Of a stretch of DNA of 64,000 bases, positions 25,833 through 35,730 are shown one piece after another. The DNA lies in the IMG/VR virus record IMGVR_UViG_3300038428_000280, positions 21,161-85,160 of that record; one strand, written 5' to 3'. Position 1 is the first letter of the stretch. Each line of letters opens with the position of its first letter. This DNA comes from a virus. The notes beneath the pieces were generated by a model that did no database searches, was not told where the DNA came from, and worked only from the letters and a program-made list of their open reading frames with translations. The translations under genes and the position numbers were made by a program.

Positions 25833-28447
25833 GCTCCAAAATCAAAAAACTGACTTGCTGTTTTCATCGCTGGATTTGGAAATGTCCACTTGAACACATC
25901 ATAAATTCCATCGTTTTTGCCGTTTGCAAATTTTGATTTTAATTCTTGCTCGAACATCTTTTTTCTGTCCACCAACTGATTTACAAGGTCTATTATTTCA
26001 TCAGGGTCGTTTCCATCACCTTTTAATGCCAAAGCATCAAGACCGTATTGGTTGGTTTGTAAATATACCCATTTGATTTTTTGGCCGTGATGAATGGGTT
26101 CAAAATCTCTTTCCAATCCCAATTTAATCAACAAATCATTATACGCTAACGCGGCTTTGGCTTGAGCGGGAGTGGCCAATTCAAAATGAAATGGCAACCG
26201 ACTGTCGGGGTTATAATTTTTGGTTCCGTCCTGACTTATAAATTTTACGGAAGTGTTCTTTGCTATATCAAGAACATCAAAAGTCTTCATATCTTCCCTA
26301 AATTTGAGAATCATGTCATCCAATTCTTTTTTGGGAACATCGGTCAATAATTTTCTCAAAAAAGAATCCATAAACTTGCGAAATGAAGCTGGAAATGATG
26401 AACGCACCACGTCAATGCCCTTTACTTCCAACCTTGGTTGTTTCAATAAGGCACCTTCTTCATGAATAATCCACTGTGCATATCGTTTCTTAGCCAGCCA
26501 AAACGACGATTTACTGATAACTTCCTGTTTAGCATCAAACGTGTGTTTATTCAAATTGAAAAAACGTTTAGCCATGACGTTATAGAACTGATTCACATAG
26601 CTCTGAACTTCGGTGGTGACGCTCATGATGGCTTTTGTCATGTCATCCTCATTATTCAAATCTATGTTTGGAAATCTCTTCTTGATAATGGGAATTGAAT
26701 CAACAAAACACGAATCGGTATCACTATAAATCACCCAATCACCATCTTCAGCGGTGTCCAAAGCTTGTTTGTAATAAACATTTATTGCTTTTGCGGTAGT
26801 CTTGATGATATCCACACCGGTTGTAGTGACCGCTTCAGCATTATCCACATCATAGAAACGAAACACAGGCAATCCCAAAACTCCATAAAATGAATTAAGC
26901 AAGATTTTCCAAACCGCTTGTCGTTGATTGTAGAAATTATATTGCTCCATGTCACCTGCCTTTTTGAATTCGGCAGCCTTCTTTCTCATGTCTTTGCGTT
27001 GTTTAAACCACAAATCCAACAATATTGGTATCACACCCCTTTTATCCTGCCTATAAAGCACCCCATTGGAAGATAACGAATAATTACATTTTTCAATCCA
27101 TTCTCCAAATTCTTGTGGTGTATAATCAGCCTGACCCACCCGATAATTTGTCAATTCACCCTTTACGTGGGATTCAACCGAATAATTTTCCAGCTTACCC
27201 ACCTTTGTTTCAGGTGATATATTCAAAGAAATGATGATATTGGGATACATGGAAGTTAAATCAAGGTCAAAGACCCAATTATACCTTCCCGGCACGGGTT
27301 CTTTTACAAAAGCACCCGAAAAGCCTTCTTCTCCTTCTTCCAATCTGTCTTCATAATCCTGTCTTCCCTGTGAAGGTTTGTTTGGCGCAATCAAACCACC
27401 ATTGCGTTTCAAATAAATCAGTGTGGCGCCATCGAGATATCTTGATGACATATGAAAGTTATCGTAAGGAACATGGCCGACATGGCAAATGTTTCTAGCC
27501 AAATCAATAAATTTAAGTTTTCTGTCCAACGCTACAACAATTTTAACGTCGGTCATGTTATATTCCAAAAACTTATTGATGTCTGCTTTATACAGGTCAT
27601 TTAAATTACCGTGATACTGAATTTTACCTATACCTACCGTCTTTTGACCTATCGGACCAAGAGCATAAGTGGGTTCCATTTTTCCTGAGAATTTTTTGTA
27701 TAACAAAATGTAATCAAGAACGGATATGCCACCCACGGTTAATTTTTTACTAAAACCGTTTACGTAGGCTGCACCGATGGGTGACAAGCACTTGGCCGCT
27801 TTTGCACCAAGACAATTTTTCAAACGAAGATAAAGATAAGGCATGTCAAAATAATCAACATTCCAACCTGTAACGATTGTGAACGCACACTCTTGCCATT
27901 TATCCATGAAACTTATCAAAAGATTGTCTTCATCGTCAAACGACCTTGTAACAATTTTTACCTTCTGTCTTTCTTCATCAGTGGTAATCTTCCAATCCTT
28001 TGGCAACCAAGGTTCAACTTCCTCTTCCTTGGAATCTATTTTATGGTCTTTATCAAGAATAAACACATAACAGGTCTTGGTCAAATAATCAAATAATGAA
28101 ATGCCTGTAATTTCCTTGTTGGCCGTTTCCATGTTGGGAAACCCACCTTCGGTGGACACTTCAATATCAATAACTCCGACCTTATGTCCTTTGGATGGTT
28201 CGTCCGAATCCACATAGGTATCCATAAGAACTCTCGTTTCGGCTGGAACATCGGATTCAAACAATTCGGGGTCATTATCATTATAGTTGAATACTTTTAC
28301 AAGTTCGTCGCCGTAAAGTGAACGTTCCGGTCCACCTACCTTTTTCTTGTATGCATATTTTGGATAATCAAATGAGGTATAACCTTTTTCGTCATCCCAA
28401 AGATGAACAACCCAATCCTTTTTATTTATGTATATATTCTGGTAAAT
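25829..28447 (-). CDS. family B DNA polymerase (T4 gp43-like), probable non-canonical start at 28447
   Basis: Exo DIEV, GWNVDYFD, YNMTD; Pol DLTSMYP, KILLNSFYG, YSDTDS, KKRY; frame stays open 61 codons upstream of the track start (IYQNIYINKKDWVVHLWDD). Confidence 0.95.
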   Translation of the reverse strand: MYQNIYINKKDWVVHLWDDEKGYTSFDYPKYAYKKKVGGPERSLYGDELVKVFNYNDNDPELFESDVPAETRVLMDTYVDSDEPSKGHKVGVIDIEVSTEGGFPNMETANKEITGISLFDYLTKTCYVFILDKDHKIDSKEEEVEPWLPKDWKITTDEERQKVKIVTRSFDDEDNLLISFMDKWQECAFTIVTGWNVDYFDMPYLYLRLKNCLGAKAAKCLSPIGAAYVNGFSKKLTVGGISVLDYILLYKKFSGKMEPTYALGPIGQKTVGIGKIQYHGNLNDLYKADINKFLEYNMTDVKIVVALDRKLKFIDLARNICHVGHVPYDNFHMSSRYLDGATLIYLKRNGGLIAPNKPSQGRQDYEDRLEEGEEGFSGAFVKEPVPGRYNWVFDLDLTSMYPNIIISLNISPETKVGKLENYSVESHVKGELTNYRVGQADYTPQEFGEWIEKCNYSLSSNGVLYRQDKRGVIPILLDLWFKQRKDMRKKAAEFKKAGDMEQYNFYNQRQAVWKILLNSFYGVLGLPVFRFYDVDNAEAVTTTGVDIIKTTAKAINVYYKQALDTAEDGDWVIYSDTDSCFVDSIPIIKKRFPNIDLNNEDDMTKAIMSVTTEVQSYVNQFYNVMAKRFFNLNKHTFDAKQEVISKSSFWLAKKRYAQWIIHEEGALLKQPRLEVKGIDVVRSSFPASFRKFMDSFLRKLLTDVPKKELDDMILKFREDMKTFDVLDIAKNTSVKFISQDGTKNYNPDSRLPFHFELATPAQAKAALAYNDLLIKLGLERDFEPIHHGQKIKWVYLQTNQYGLDALALKGDGNDPDEIIDLVNQLVDRKKMFEQELKSKFANGKNDGIYDVFKWTFPNPAMKTASQFFDFGA

Positions 28448-28521
28448 AAAATCCCATCCTTCTTTCTTTTCTTGTGTTTCTTGTTTTTCTTTTTATCAAC
28501 CACCAATATTCTTTTTTTCAT
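28426..28521 (-). CDS. 31-aa Lys-rich upstream ORF overlapping the polymerase 5' end
   Basis: MKKRILVVDKKKNKKHKKRKKDGILFTRIYT; ATG overlaps the upstream TGA. Confidence 0.4.
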   Translation of the reverse strand: MKKRILVVDKKKNKKHKKRKKDGILFTRIYT

Positions 28522-28832
28522 AATTCATTCAAATATTTTACAACTTCTTCGCCCAATTCTGCTAAATCTTTTCCTTCGTGAAAATATTCATCAAACAAAA
28601 TAACAAAACCCTGTTCATTGAATTGTTTATATGATGGTAAATCAACATGTGCTGAATTGTCATGAAAATCATCTTCATCACCTAATTCAAAATATACACT
28701 TCCGTTTTTTCTGAATTGACAGATAAATTGCCACTGTCCCAATTCTTGTTTTTTTGGAAATTTCCAAACAAATTCAATATATTCAGAATGAAAACTCTGA
28801 TTGGATAAAAATTGGTTTTGAGGTATGTTCAT
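28518..28832 (-). CDS. hypothetical protein
   Basis: 104-aa ORF. Confidence 0.55.
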   Translation of the reverse strand: MNIPQNQFLSNQSFHSEYIEFVWKFPKKQELGQWQFICQFRKNGSVYFELGDEDDFHDNSAHVDLPSYKQFNEQGFVILFDEYFHEGKDLAELGEEVVKYLNEL

Positions 28833-29082
28833 AATCTTTTGCCTCTTCGGTTGCGGTTTTATTTAATTTGGTCATCAAATTTTTGAATACAACTTGTCCT
28901 TCGGGCGTCAATTTTGATTCATGTTTGGAAAGTTTCTGTAAAAGAACCTCATGCTTGAACCACAAAAGTTCTTTGAAACCTATATCTGTTTTTGGATTGG
29001 TCAATGGTTCCATTACATTGACCACATAAAGAAGAAGTTGAAGCTCTTCCTGCGTTAATGATTGAAGTTGACTAATTCTCAT
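28783..29082 (-). CDS. hypothetical protein
   Basis: ATG 29082 is 8 nt below TATAAT; C-terminal QSEFSF. Confidence 0.65.
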   Translation of the reverse strand: MRISQLQSLTQEELQLLLYVVNVMEPLTNPKTDIGFKELLWFKHEVLLQKLSKHESKLTPEGQVVFKNLMTKLNKTATEEAKDYEHTSKPIFIQSEFSF

Positions 29083-29090
29083 CGTCAATG

Positions 29091-29187
29091 ATTATACTCC
29101 GCCGCAAAAAGAAGTCAATTTATAATATTCGTGTCATTTTCTTTGGTTCTATAAATATTTGACAGATTATGCAAACACTGATAAAGT
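29091..29187. promoter_or_regulatory. divergent pair of sigma70-like promoters
   Basis: Minus: TTGACT(29118)-16-TATAAT(29091). Plus: TTGACA(29159)-17-TAAAGT(29187). A TATTTATA (minus, 29150-29157) lies between them. Confidence 0.7.
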
Positions 29188-29193
29188 AAATTA

Positions 29194-30102
29194 ATGGAAA
29201 AAAATTTAACACCAACCAATGGCAAAAAACGGGTCAGTTTTTCCCAATTCTCCAATTGGTTTAATTGCCGACATAGATGGTATCTTGACCATGTAAAAGG
29301 ACTACGCGAATTTGAGGATAATGTCAATACATGTTTTGGTACAGCCATGCACGAAGCCGTTCAACTTTATATTGAGACTTTGTATAAAAAATCTGCAAAA
29401 GAAGCTGACACGCATAACCTTTATGAAGTATTCAAAACTGCTTTTGATAGAGAATTAAAAAACACAAAGGTTGTGGTTGAACCAAAAGACTACAAGGACT
29501 ATTGTGACGATGGTGACAACATTATTGTTGCATTCACCAATGTAACCAATCGTATCAAGCATTTTCCATCAGGCAAATATGAATTCATTTCCATTGAAGA
29601 TGAAATCATCATGCCCATCAAAAACGATGTGGAATTTGTTTGTTACCTTGATGTGGTATTGAGAGAAAAGGCAACAGGCAGATACAAAATCATTGATATC
29701 AAAACGTCCACCAGCGGCTGGAATCACTATCAAAGGGATGATGAAGCTAAAATCTCTCAAATTCTTCTCTATAAAGCATTTTTTAGTAGAAAATACAATG
29801 TTGATATTGACATGATTGACGTTGAATTTTTCATTTTAAGAAGAAAACTTTGGGAAAATTATGCTTATCCTCAAAGTCGAATTCAGACCTTCGTTCCAAA
29901 GAATAATCAGCGAGCGGTAGCGGGAGCCCTGAATAACTTCTCCGAATTTGTTACGGAATGTTTCACACCCAATGGCAAGTTTGTAGAAGATGCCAAAATT
30001 TATCTTAAAAATCCCGGTAAAGGAAAGAAAAATTGTCGTTATTGCCCACACAAAGGCAAAAATTGTGATGCGGTTTCAGATATTCCAAAAGATGAGTTAT
30101 GA
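29194..30102 (+). CDS. PD-(D/E)XK nuclease (RecB/Cas4-like)
   Basis: SFSQ..C, FGTAMHE, LD...IIDIKT, Q..LY, C-terminal CRYCP..C. Confidence 0.85.
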   Translation: MEKNLTPTNGKKRVSFSQFSNWFNCRHRWYLDHVKGLREFEDNVNTCFGTAMHEAVQLYIETLYKKSAKEADTHNLYEVFKTAFDRELKNTKVVVEPKDYKDYCDDGDNIIVAFTNVTNRIKHFPSGKYEFISIEDEIIMPIKNDVEFVCYLDVVLREKATGRYKIIDIKTSTSGWNHYQRDDEAKISQILLYKAFFSRKYNVDIDMIDVEFFILRRKLWENYAYPQSRIQTFVPKNNQRAVAGALNNFSEFVTECFTPNGKFVEDAKIYLKNPGKGKKNCRYCPHKGKNCDAVSDIPKDEL

Positions 30103-30338
30103 AATTTGAAACAAAATATGATGTAAATGAAATCCTTTGGCATATGCGTGATGGTAAAATCATACCAATGAAAATTACTGACATACAAATTCATTTTGAC
30201 CCCGATTCAAAATACGAAAAACTGTCTATTCTTTATGGAACAGACGATTATTGCGCTATTTATGAATCACAAGAAGGAAAAACGTGGTGGAAAACCCGCG
30301 AACAACTTGTAAATTATATTTTGAATCCACCATCTTAA
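30099..30338 (+). CDS. hypothetical protein
   Basis: 79 aa, ATGA coupled. Confidence 0.6.
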   Translation: MKFETKYDVNEILWHMRDGKIIPMKITDIQIHFDPDSKYEKLSILYGTDDYCAIYESQEGKTWWKTREQLVNYILNPPS

Positions 30339-30366
30339 TATAAATAACATTTTTCTCAATCTACTT

Positions 30367-30404
30367 CATATATAAACATGTAAACACTTTTACATGTATA
30401 TATG
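30367..30404. promoter_or_regulatory. palindromic operator-like element before the RHH gene
   Basis: ACATGTAAA-cact-TTTACATGT flanked by CATATATA/TATATATG. Confidence 0.5.
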
Positions 30405-30617
30405 AAAACAAAAACAGCTACTACGGTAAAGATTGAAAAAAGCCTTTATGATAATTTTAAGATATTAGGCATTCAAAACAATCTTACTCTTCAAACATTC
30501 GTTGAAAAGTGCGTCAACCTTTATGTTGGTGACACTTCTTCTAGTTCCTCATTCAGAACTCTTGTGAACAATTTCGTTGTCCCTGTTCTAAGCGAAACCG
30601 GTTCATTCGGTTCTTAA
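30402..30617 (+). CDS. ribbon-helix-helix DNA-binding protein
   Basis: TTVKI strand, then SLYDNFKILG and LQTFVEKCVNLY helices. Confidence 0.6.
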   Translation: MKTKTATTVKIEKSLYDNFKILGIQNNLTLQTFVEKCVNLYVGDTSSSSSFRTLVNNFVVPVLSETGSFGS

Positions 30618-30630
30618 CTTCTGTTGTTCT

Positions 30631-31149
30631 ATGAAAAGCAAGAAACATAAAACCACACCTGAATCTCATATTAAAAGACAGTACCACTATAAAGTGGGTA
30701 CAAAAAGAAAAACTATTAATATGACCGTCTCTAAAAAAGATAAATTTACAGCATATGAACCCAAAACAGAAAATCGATTTATCGCTTCTATCAAAAATAA
30801 AAAAGGTGAAATCGTAATTCCTTCTTATGTTATCAATGCAATAGATAGACCAAAACTTAGTATAAATTCTATTGGGGAAGTTGAATACGGTGCCCTTAGT
30901 ATAATGTGTTATGACCCAATTGACCCAAGTACGACACATGCTATAATGAAGGCTATCACAACAAAAAACACTACATGGGATATAACTCTGAAAATTCTTG
31001 GACCAGTTGGAAATGTCGTAGAAGAATGGGAAATATCTGATGCATCATTGGATGACGTTGATTGTAGTAATTTTGATTGGCAAAACACCGGAGACCCAGC
31101 CTATGTTCACTTGATAGTCAAACCGAAGAAAATTGTTTTAAAAAATTAA
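30631..31149 (+). CDS. tail-tube (T4 gp19-like) paralog
   Basis: YEPK..NRF, IPSY....DRP, YDPI.PS, LGPVG.VVEEW, FDW motifs of large-myovirus tail tube proteins. Confidence 0.6.
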   Translation: MKSKKHKTTPESHIKRQYHYKVGTKRKTINMTVSKKDKFTAYEPKTENRFIASIKNKKGEIVIPSYVINAIDRPKLSINSIGEVEYGALSIMCYDPIDPSTTHAIMKAITTKNTTWDITLKILGPVGNVVEEWEISDASLDDVDCSNFDWQNTGDPAYVHLIVKPKKIVLKN

Positions 31150-31152
31150 GTT

Positions 31153-32655
31153 ATGGATACTACAGCAATTAACAAAAAACCAAAAGGTTTATTACTATCA
31201 GACGACTTAAGAATGCATTCAGGAGTCGCTACAATGAGTAGAGAACTCGTTTTGGGAACAGTCAAGGCTTATGATTGGGTTCAGATTGCCGGTGCAATTC
31301 AACATCCTGAAAAAGGCAAAGTAATCAACATGGATGCGGCTACTGCGCAAATGACAGGCGTTAAAGACGCACACGTTACAATTTATCCTGTTGATGGTTA
31401 TGGGAATGAGGAACTTTTGTTTGCTATTATGGATAGAGAAAAACCCGATTTCATTATGCATTTCACAGATCCAAGATTTTGGGGGTGGTTATATTCCCTA
31501 GAAAGGCAAATCAGGTCCAAAATACCACTCACATATTACAACATTTGGGACGATGTACCATATCCGATGTATAACAGGCCATATTATGAATCCTGTGATT
31601 TATTGATGTCAATCAGCAAACAAACCTATAATATAAACAAATGGGTATTGGGTCCTGATAAAATTTCCACCATAGATTCTCCAAATACCGATGGAAGAGC
31701 CGTATTGCATTACGTTCCGCATGGAATTAATAAGACCATTTTTTATCCCATTCCCGACGACGATGCCAATTTAAAGAAAAGAAAAAAAGAAATTTTCAAC
31801 AACAAGAATTATGATTTTGTAATCTTTTACAATTCACGCAATGTTCAGAGAAAAAGAACCAGCAATATTATGTTGGCCTACAAAGCCCTTTGTGACAATC
31901 TCACACCTGAGGAAGCGGCAAAATGTGTATTGGTATTACACACCGAAGTCCGTCAGGATGCTGGAACAGATTTGATTGCAGTCAAGGAAGCGTTTTGTCC
32001 AAATTATGACGTTATCTTTTCCACATCAAAATATTCACCACAAGATATGAACCTGTTGTATAACATGGCTGACGTTACCATTAACATATCATCCAATGAA
32101 GGATTTGGTCTTTCAACGGCTGAATCACTCATGAGTGGGACGCCCATTATCGTAGCGGTGACGGGTGGCTTGCAGGATCAAATTGGGCAAACAAAGGACG
32201 ATGGTTCGCCCATTGAATTTGATTTAAACTTCGGGTCAAATAATGTAGGAAAGTATAAGAAGCATGGTGTTTGGGCGTATCCTGTTTATCCGCCAGTACA
32301 ATGTATCCAAGGTTCCATACCAACGCCATATATTTTTGATGATATGACACGTTGGGAAGATGCAGCCGAAGGCTTGATGTATTGGTATCTAGCCGGTCCT
32401 AAAAAAAGAGAATGGTGTGGTCAGCAAGGAAGAGAATGGGCATTGAAGGAAGGAGGTATCAATGCTGAAAACATGTGCGACCAATTTATCAAATGTATGA
32501 ACTATACATTGGATAATTTTAAACCAGTAAAACCTTTCAGTATTTTCACCGAAAAGGATTATGTGGGCAACTTGATGCCGGGTGGTATGGGGTTTGAAAT
32601 TCCAAAATTTGATAAAGATAAAATCAAACAAGAAATAGAAAAGATAAATATATGA
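31153..32655 (+). CDS. GT-B (GT4-like) glycosyltransferase
   Basis: SDD...SGVA, VPHG, SRN..RK, SSNEGFGLS..ESL..GTPII...TGG. Confidence 0.85.
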   Translation: MDTTAINKKPKGLLLSDDLRMHSGVATMSRELVLGTVKAYDWVQIAGAIQHPEKGKVINMDAATAQMTGVKDAHVTIYPVDGYGNEELLFAIMDREKPDFIMHFTDPRFWGWLYSLERQIRSKIPLTYYNIWDDVPYPMYNRPYYESCDLLMSISKQTYNINKWVLGPDKISTIDSPNTDGRAVLHYVPHGINKTIFYPIPDDDANLKKRKKEIFNNKNYDFVIFYNSRNVQRKRTSNIMLAYKALCDNLTPEEAAKCVLVLHTEVRQDAGTDLIAVKEAFCPNYDVIFSTSKYSPQDMNLLYNMADVTINISSNEGFGLSTAESLMSGTPIIVAVTGGLQDQIGQTKDDGSPIEFDLNFGSNNVGKYKKHGVWAYPVYPPVQCIQGSIPTPYIFDDMTRWEDAAEGLMYWYLAGPKKREWCGQQGREWALKEGGINAENMCDQFIKCMNYTLDNFKPVKPFSIFTEKDYVGNLMPGGMGFEIPKFDKDKIKQEIEKINI

Positions 32656-32852
32656 AAAAATCAAAATCAAAATCTATTTTGTTTATAGGTCTTGACAGCA
32701 CTCGCTTCAAAAAAGAAGAAGATTATAAAAAATATGCTGATAAGATTAATGAACAGTTTAGAGAAGGTACGGGAATTATCGACGAAAAATTACCTATTGT
32801 AGTTTATGATAAGTCATCCACAAGTATAGACCTTTTAGAAATAAAATTATGA
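32652..32852 (+). CDS. hypothetical protein
   Basis: 66 aa, coupled. Confidence 0.5.
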   Translation: MKKSKSKSILFIGLDSTRFKKEEDYKKYADKINEQFREGTGIIDEKLPIVVYDKSSTSIDLLEIKL

Positions 32853-33334
32853 ACGAAAAAGAGCGAAAAGTAATGGCAGCTTGCATAACCGAAGCAAAAA
32901 ATCAAAGAACCGAAGCATTAAAAAATGCTAAAGCAGCATTAGAAGAAGCATTTCCTGAACACAGTGCAACAATAAGTCAAAAGATAGAGGAAGATGGCGT
33001 CACCAAGAAAGACTTGGATGAAATGATTGATGAATTGGAATCAGGTATTGCCACCACTACATCTACTACATCCACTGATGAAGAAGCAGAAACTAAAAAG
33101 CCATCGTTCTTTCAAAATTTATCTAGTTCTCTTCATCGAGGAAAAATTAATGAAAGAAACAACTTTAAAAATCGATTTAGACTATTGGCAGGAATAAATA
33201 CCAGCCCGGCAGTAGCAAGATTGACGATAAAAGAAGGAGTGGTTGTTGATTTAACTGAAATACCAAAGTGGTATGATATTATTAGATATAAATTATGTGG
33301 ATTTAAATATGAAGTGTTGGTAGAACAACTATAA
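32849..33334 (+). CDS. hypothetical protein
   Basis: 161 aa, coupled. Confidence 0.6.
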   Translation: MNEKERKVMAACITEAKNQRTEALKNAKAALEEAFPEHSATISQKIEEDGVTKKDLDEMIDELESGIATTTSTTSTDEEAETKKPSFFQNLSSSLHRGKINERNNFKNRFRLLAGINTSPAVARLTIKEGVVVDLTEIPKWYDIIRYKLCGFKYEVLVEQL

Positions 33335-33338
33335 TAAG

Positions 33339-33366
33339 TTGAATAATCTAATGGTTACGATATAAT
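33339..33366 (+). promoter_or_regulatory. sigma70-like promoter, near-leaderless
   Basis: TTGAAT-16-TATAAT; ATG 7 nt downstream. Confidence 0.65.
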
Positions 33367-33373
33367 AGGTTAC

Positions 33374-34075
33374 ATGAAAATACACGTCAAAGATTCAAAA
33401 GATTTAATTATACCTCAAGCCGCCACTCCACAATCCTCAGGCTATGATGTTATAGCCTTGGAAGACCCCAAAATTATAGGAGAACAGGATGGGGCAAATA
33501 TTTGGAAATCAATAGATTACATAGAATACAAAACAGGATTGTTTATTGCTCCACAGCAGGAAATGGCAGCAGTATTTATAAGTTCCCACATTCAAAATTA
33601 CCACACACTTATTTTTCCCCGTTCAAGTGTAAGAAAATATAATTTGGTTTTGGCAAATAGCATTGGATTGATTGATAATGATTACAGAGGCGAATTGATT
33701 TTGTGTTTTAAATACATATGGCAACCGGATGATATGTTTCCATGCGTCGTTCCACTTGATGATGTCACGGGAAGAAAAACCTTGAGAGGACAAATCAATA
33801 TAGATAAAATCTACAAGAAAGGGGACAAAATCGGTCAAGTTGTAGCCGAAGTCACCAATCCCATTGATTGGATGGTGGTGGCAGATTTAACAACTACCAC
33901 AAGAGGAACGGGTGGGTTTGGTAGCACGACATCAACCATTACAGAAAAAAAAATTGAATCGCCGAAAGAAGCTAGTAATTTAATTGACAAATGGAAGAAA
34001 ACAGGAGCGTCGGAAATTCCCACTCCACAAAAATACGAATCAATAATTAAGGAAAGAGAGAAAAAAATCGTATAA
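33374..34075 (+). CDS. dut: trimeric dUTPase
   Basis: SGYD, PRSS, GLIDNDYRGE, GDKIGQ, RGTGGFGST. Confidence 0.9.
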   Translation: MKIHVKDSKDLIIPQAATPQSSGYDVIALEDPKIIGEQDGANIWKSIDYIEYKTGLFIAPQQEMAAVFISSHIQNYHTLIFPRSSVRKYNLVLANSIGLIDNDYRGELILCFKYIWQPDDMFPCVVPLDDVTGRKTLRGQINIDKIYKKGDKIGQVVAEVTNPIDWMVVADLTTTTRGTGGFGSTTSTITEKKIESPKEASNLIDKWKKTGASEIPTPQKYESIIKEREKKIV

Positions 34076-34294
34076 ATGAAAAAAATTATTGTACCCAAAG
34101 TTAACGAAGAATCAAAATTTTTCTGTGACCATCATCCTGACAGAGAATGCTTCGGCCAATTAAAAATGAATTTTTGGTATGGAAGCCAACATGATATGAC
34201 AGAAATTGAAATTCATTTATGTGATGAATGCGCAGATGAATTGATTAACGAATTTAAAAATAAATTTGGAGCAAAAATAATAGATTCATTTTAA
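34076..34294 (+). CDS. small Cys/His hypothetical protein
   Basis: CDHH..C...HLCDEC. Confidence 0.55.
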   Translation: MKKIIVPKVNEESKFFCDHHPDRECFGQLKMNFWYGSQHDMTEIEIHLCDECADELINEFKNKFGAKIIDSF

Positions 34295-34314
34295 AAGAAT
34301 CAAGAATAAATGAT

Positions 34315-35730
34315 ATGAGTAAACCATTGTGTATATTTCAGAGTCCGATGTGGACTCGTAGCGGATATGGCGATTTGGGAATGGCATTAGCCAAAAGTTT
34401 GTTGCGATATGACAAATATGACCTGATGATTGTTCCTACTCGTTGGGGTGGATGTAGTCGAAAATATTTGGAATCCGATATGACCGACCCCATAGAACAG
34501 GAATTATACAAAAGAATTGTCCGACAGCCCGTAAACAGGCAACCGGAATTGTTTATTCAATGTTCGATTCCCAACGAATTTCAACCACCCGCAAAATACA
34601 ACATCGGCATCACTGCAGGTATAGAAACAACCGTGGCTAGACCGGATTGGATTGAAGGCTTGAATCGAATGAACTTGAATCTTGTCACTTCAAATCATGC
34701 CAAAAAAGTGTTTGTGGAAGCCTCTTACCACAAGCAACCTGAACCCAATCAACCACCCCCACCTGAATTAAAATCTCTAAAACCTATGGAAGTGTTGTTT
34801 TGGGGCGCCGACCTGTCAATTTATGGCAACGACAAATCGTTTGAGCCAAGGGTTGAAGAAGAATTATATGCGGTCAAGGAAGACTTTTGTTTTCTTTTTG
34901 TTGGTCAGTGGACAAGCGGGGGATTGTTCAATGACAGAAAAGACATAGGAAATCTAATCAAATGCTTTTTGACGACCTTTTCCAATATGGGACTTAAAAA
35001 GAAACCAGCCTTGATTATCAAAACAAGTGGTGCAGCCATATGCAACATGGACAAGCATGAAATGATTAATCGGCTAAAAGCAGTCAAAGGCATGGTGGCA
35101 CAGGAAAGAAAAACCAACGACCTTCCCAATGTTTATATTTTGTATGGAGAACTGACTGAACCAGAAATGAATGCCCTTTATAATCATCCAAAGATTAAAG
35201 CACACATTTCCTTCACTCATGGTGAAGGTTTTGGTCATCCATTATTACTTTCAACGTTAAGTGGTAAACCGCTGTTGGTTTCCAATTGGAGTGGTCATTT
35301 GGATTTTCTTGACCCAAAACTTTGTAAATTGTTACATGGTGATGTGAAACCACTTCCGTCTGATTGTGTCAATGAATGGTTGATTAAGGAGTCTTCATGG
35401 TTCACCGTGGATTACAATAAGGCAATGGAATCGATGAAAAATTGTTTTCATTTTTACAGGCCACATCTTGAATTGGCAGAAGTTTTACGTAAAAGAAATG
35501 TCGAACAATTTTCCCTTCAAGCTATGGACAAAAGGTTTCACGGTCTTTTGGATCAATATGTTCCCAAATTTGCTACCGAAACCAAATTGGTTCTACCCAA
35601 ATTAAAAAGAGTAGTAAAAGATGCAGTCACAGGTGAATTGAGACCACCTACATGTAGTTATGCATCAACCTCTTCAGCGGAAACAAGTTCTAATAGCAGC
35701 AGTAGTAGTAATGTAACAAGTTCGGCATGA
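34315..35730 (+). CDS. GT-B (GT4-like) glycosyltransferase
   Basis: RSGYG, FLFVGQW..DRKD, THGEGFGHPLL...SGKP...NWSGH. Confidence 0.85.
   Translation: MSKPLCIFQSPMWTRSGYGDLGMALAKSLLRYDKYDLMIVPTRWGGCSRKYLESDMTDPIEQELYKRIVRQPVNRQPELFIQCSIPNEFQPPAKYNIGITAGIETTVARPDWIEGLNRMNLNLVTSNHAKKVFVEASYHKQPEPNQPPPPELKSLKPMEVLFWGADLSIYGNDKSFEPRVEEELYAVKEDFCFLFVGQWTSGGLFNDRKDIGNLIKCFLTTFSNMGLKKKPALIIKTSGAAICNMDKHEMINRLKAVKGMVAQERKTNDLPNVYILYGELTEPEMNALYNHPKIKAHISFTHGEGFGHPLLLSTLSGKPLLVSNWSGHLDFLDPKLCKLLHGDVKPLPSDCVNEWLIKESSWFTVDYNKAMESMKNCFHFYRPHLELAEVLRKRNVEQFSLQAMDKRFHGLLDQYVPKFATETKLVLPKLKRVVKDAVTGELRPPTCSYASTSSAETSSNSSSSSNVTSSA

Noticed and set aside
25829-28447. Intein or intron in the DNA polymerase
   Set aside because: About 872 aa with continuous motifs is ordinary for family B; no splice-junction signatures
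29194-30102. Cas4 as part of a CRISPR-Cas locus
   Set aside because: No array or other cas genes; stand-alone PD-(D/E)XK nucleases are common in phages
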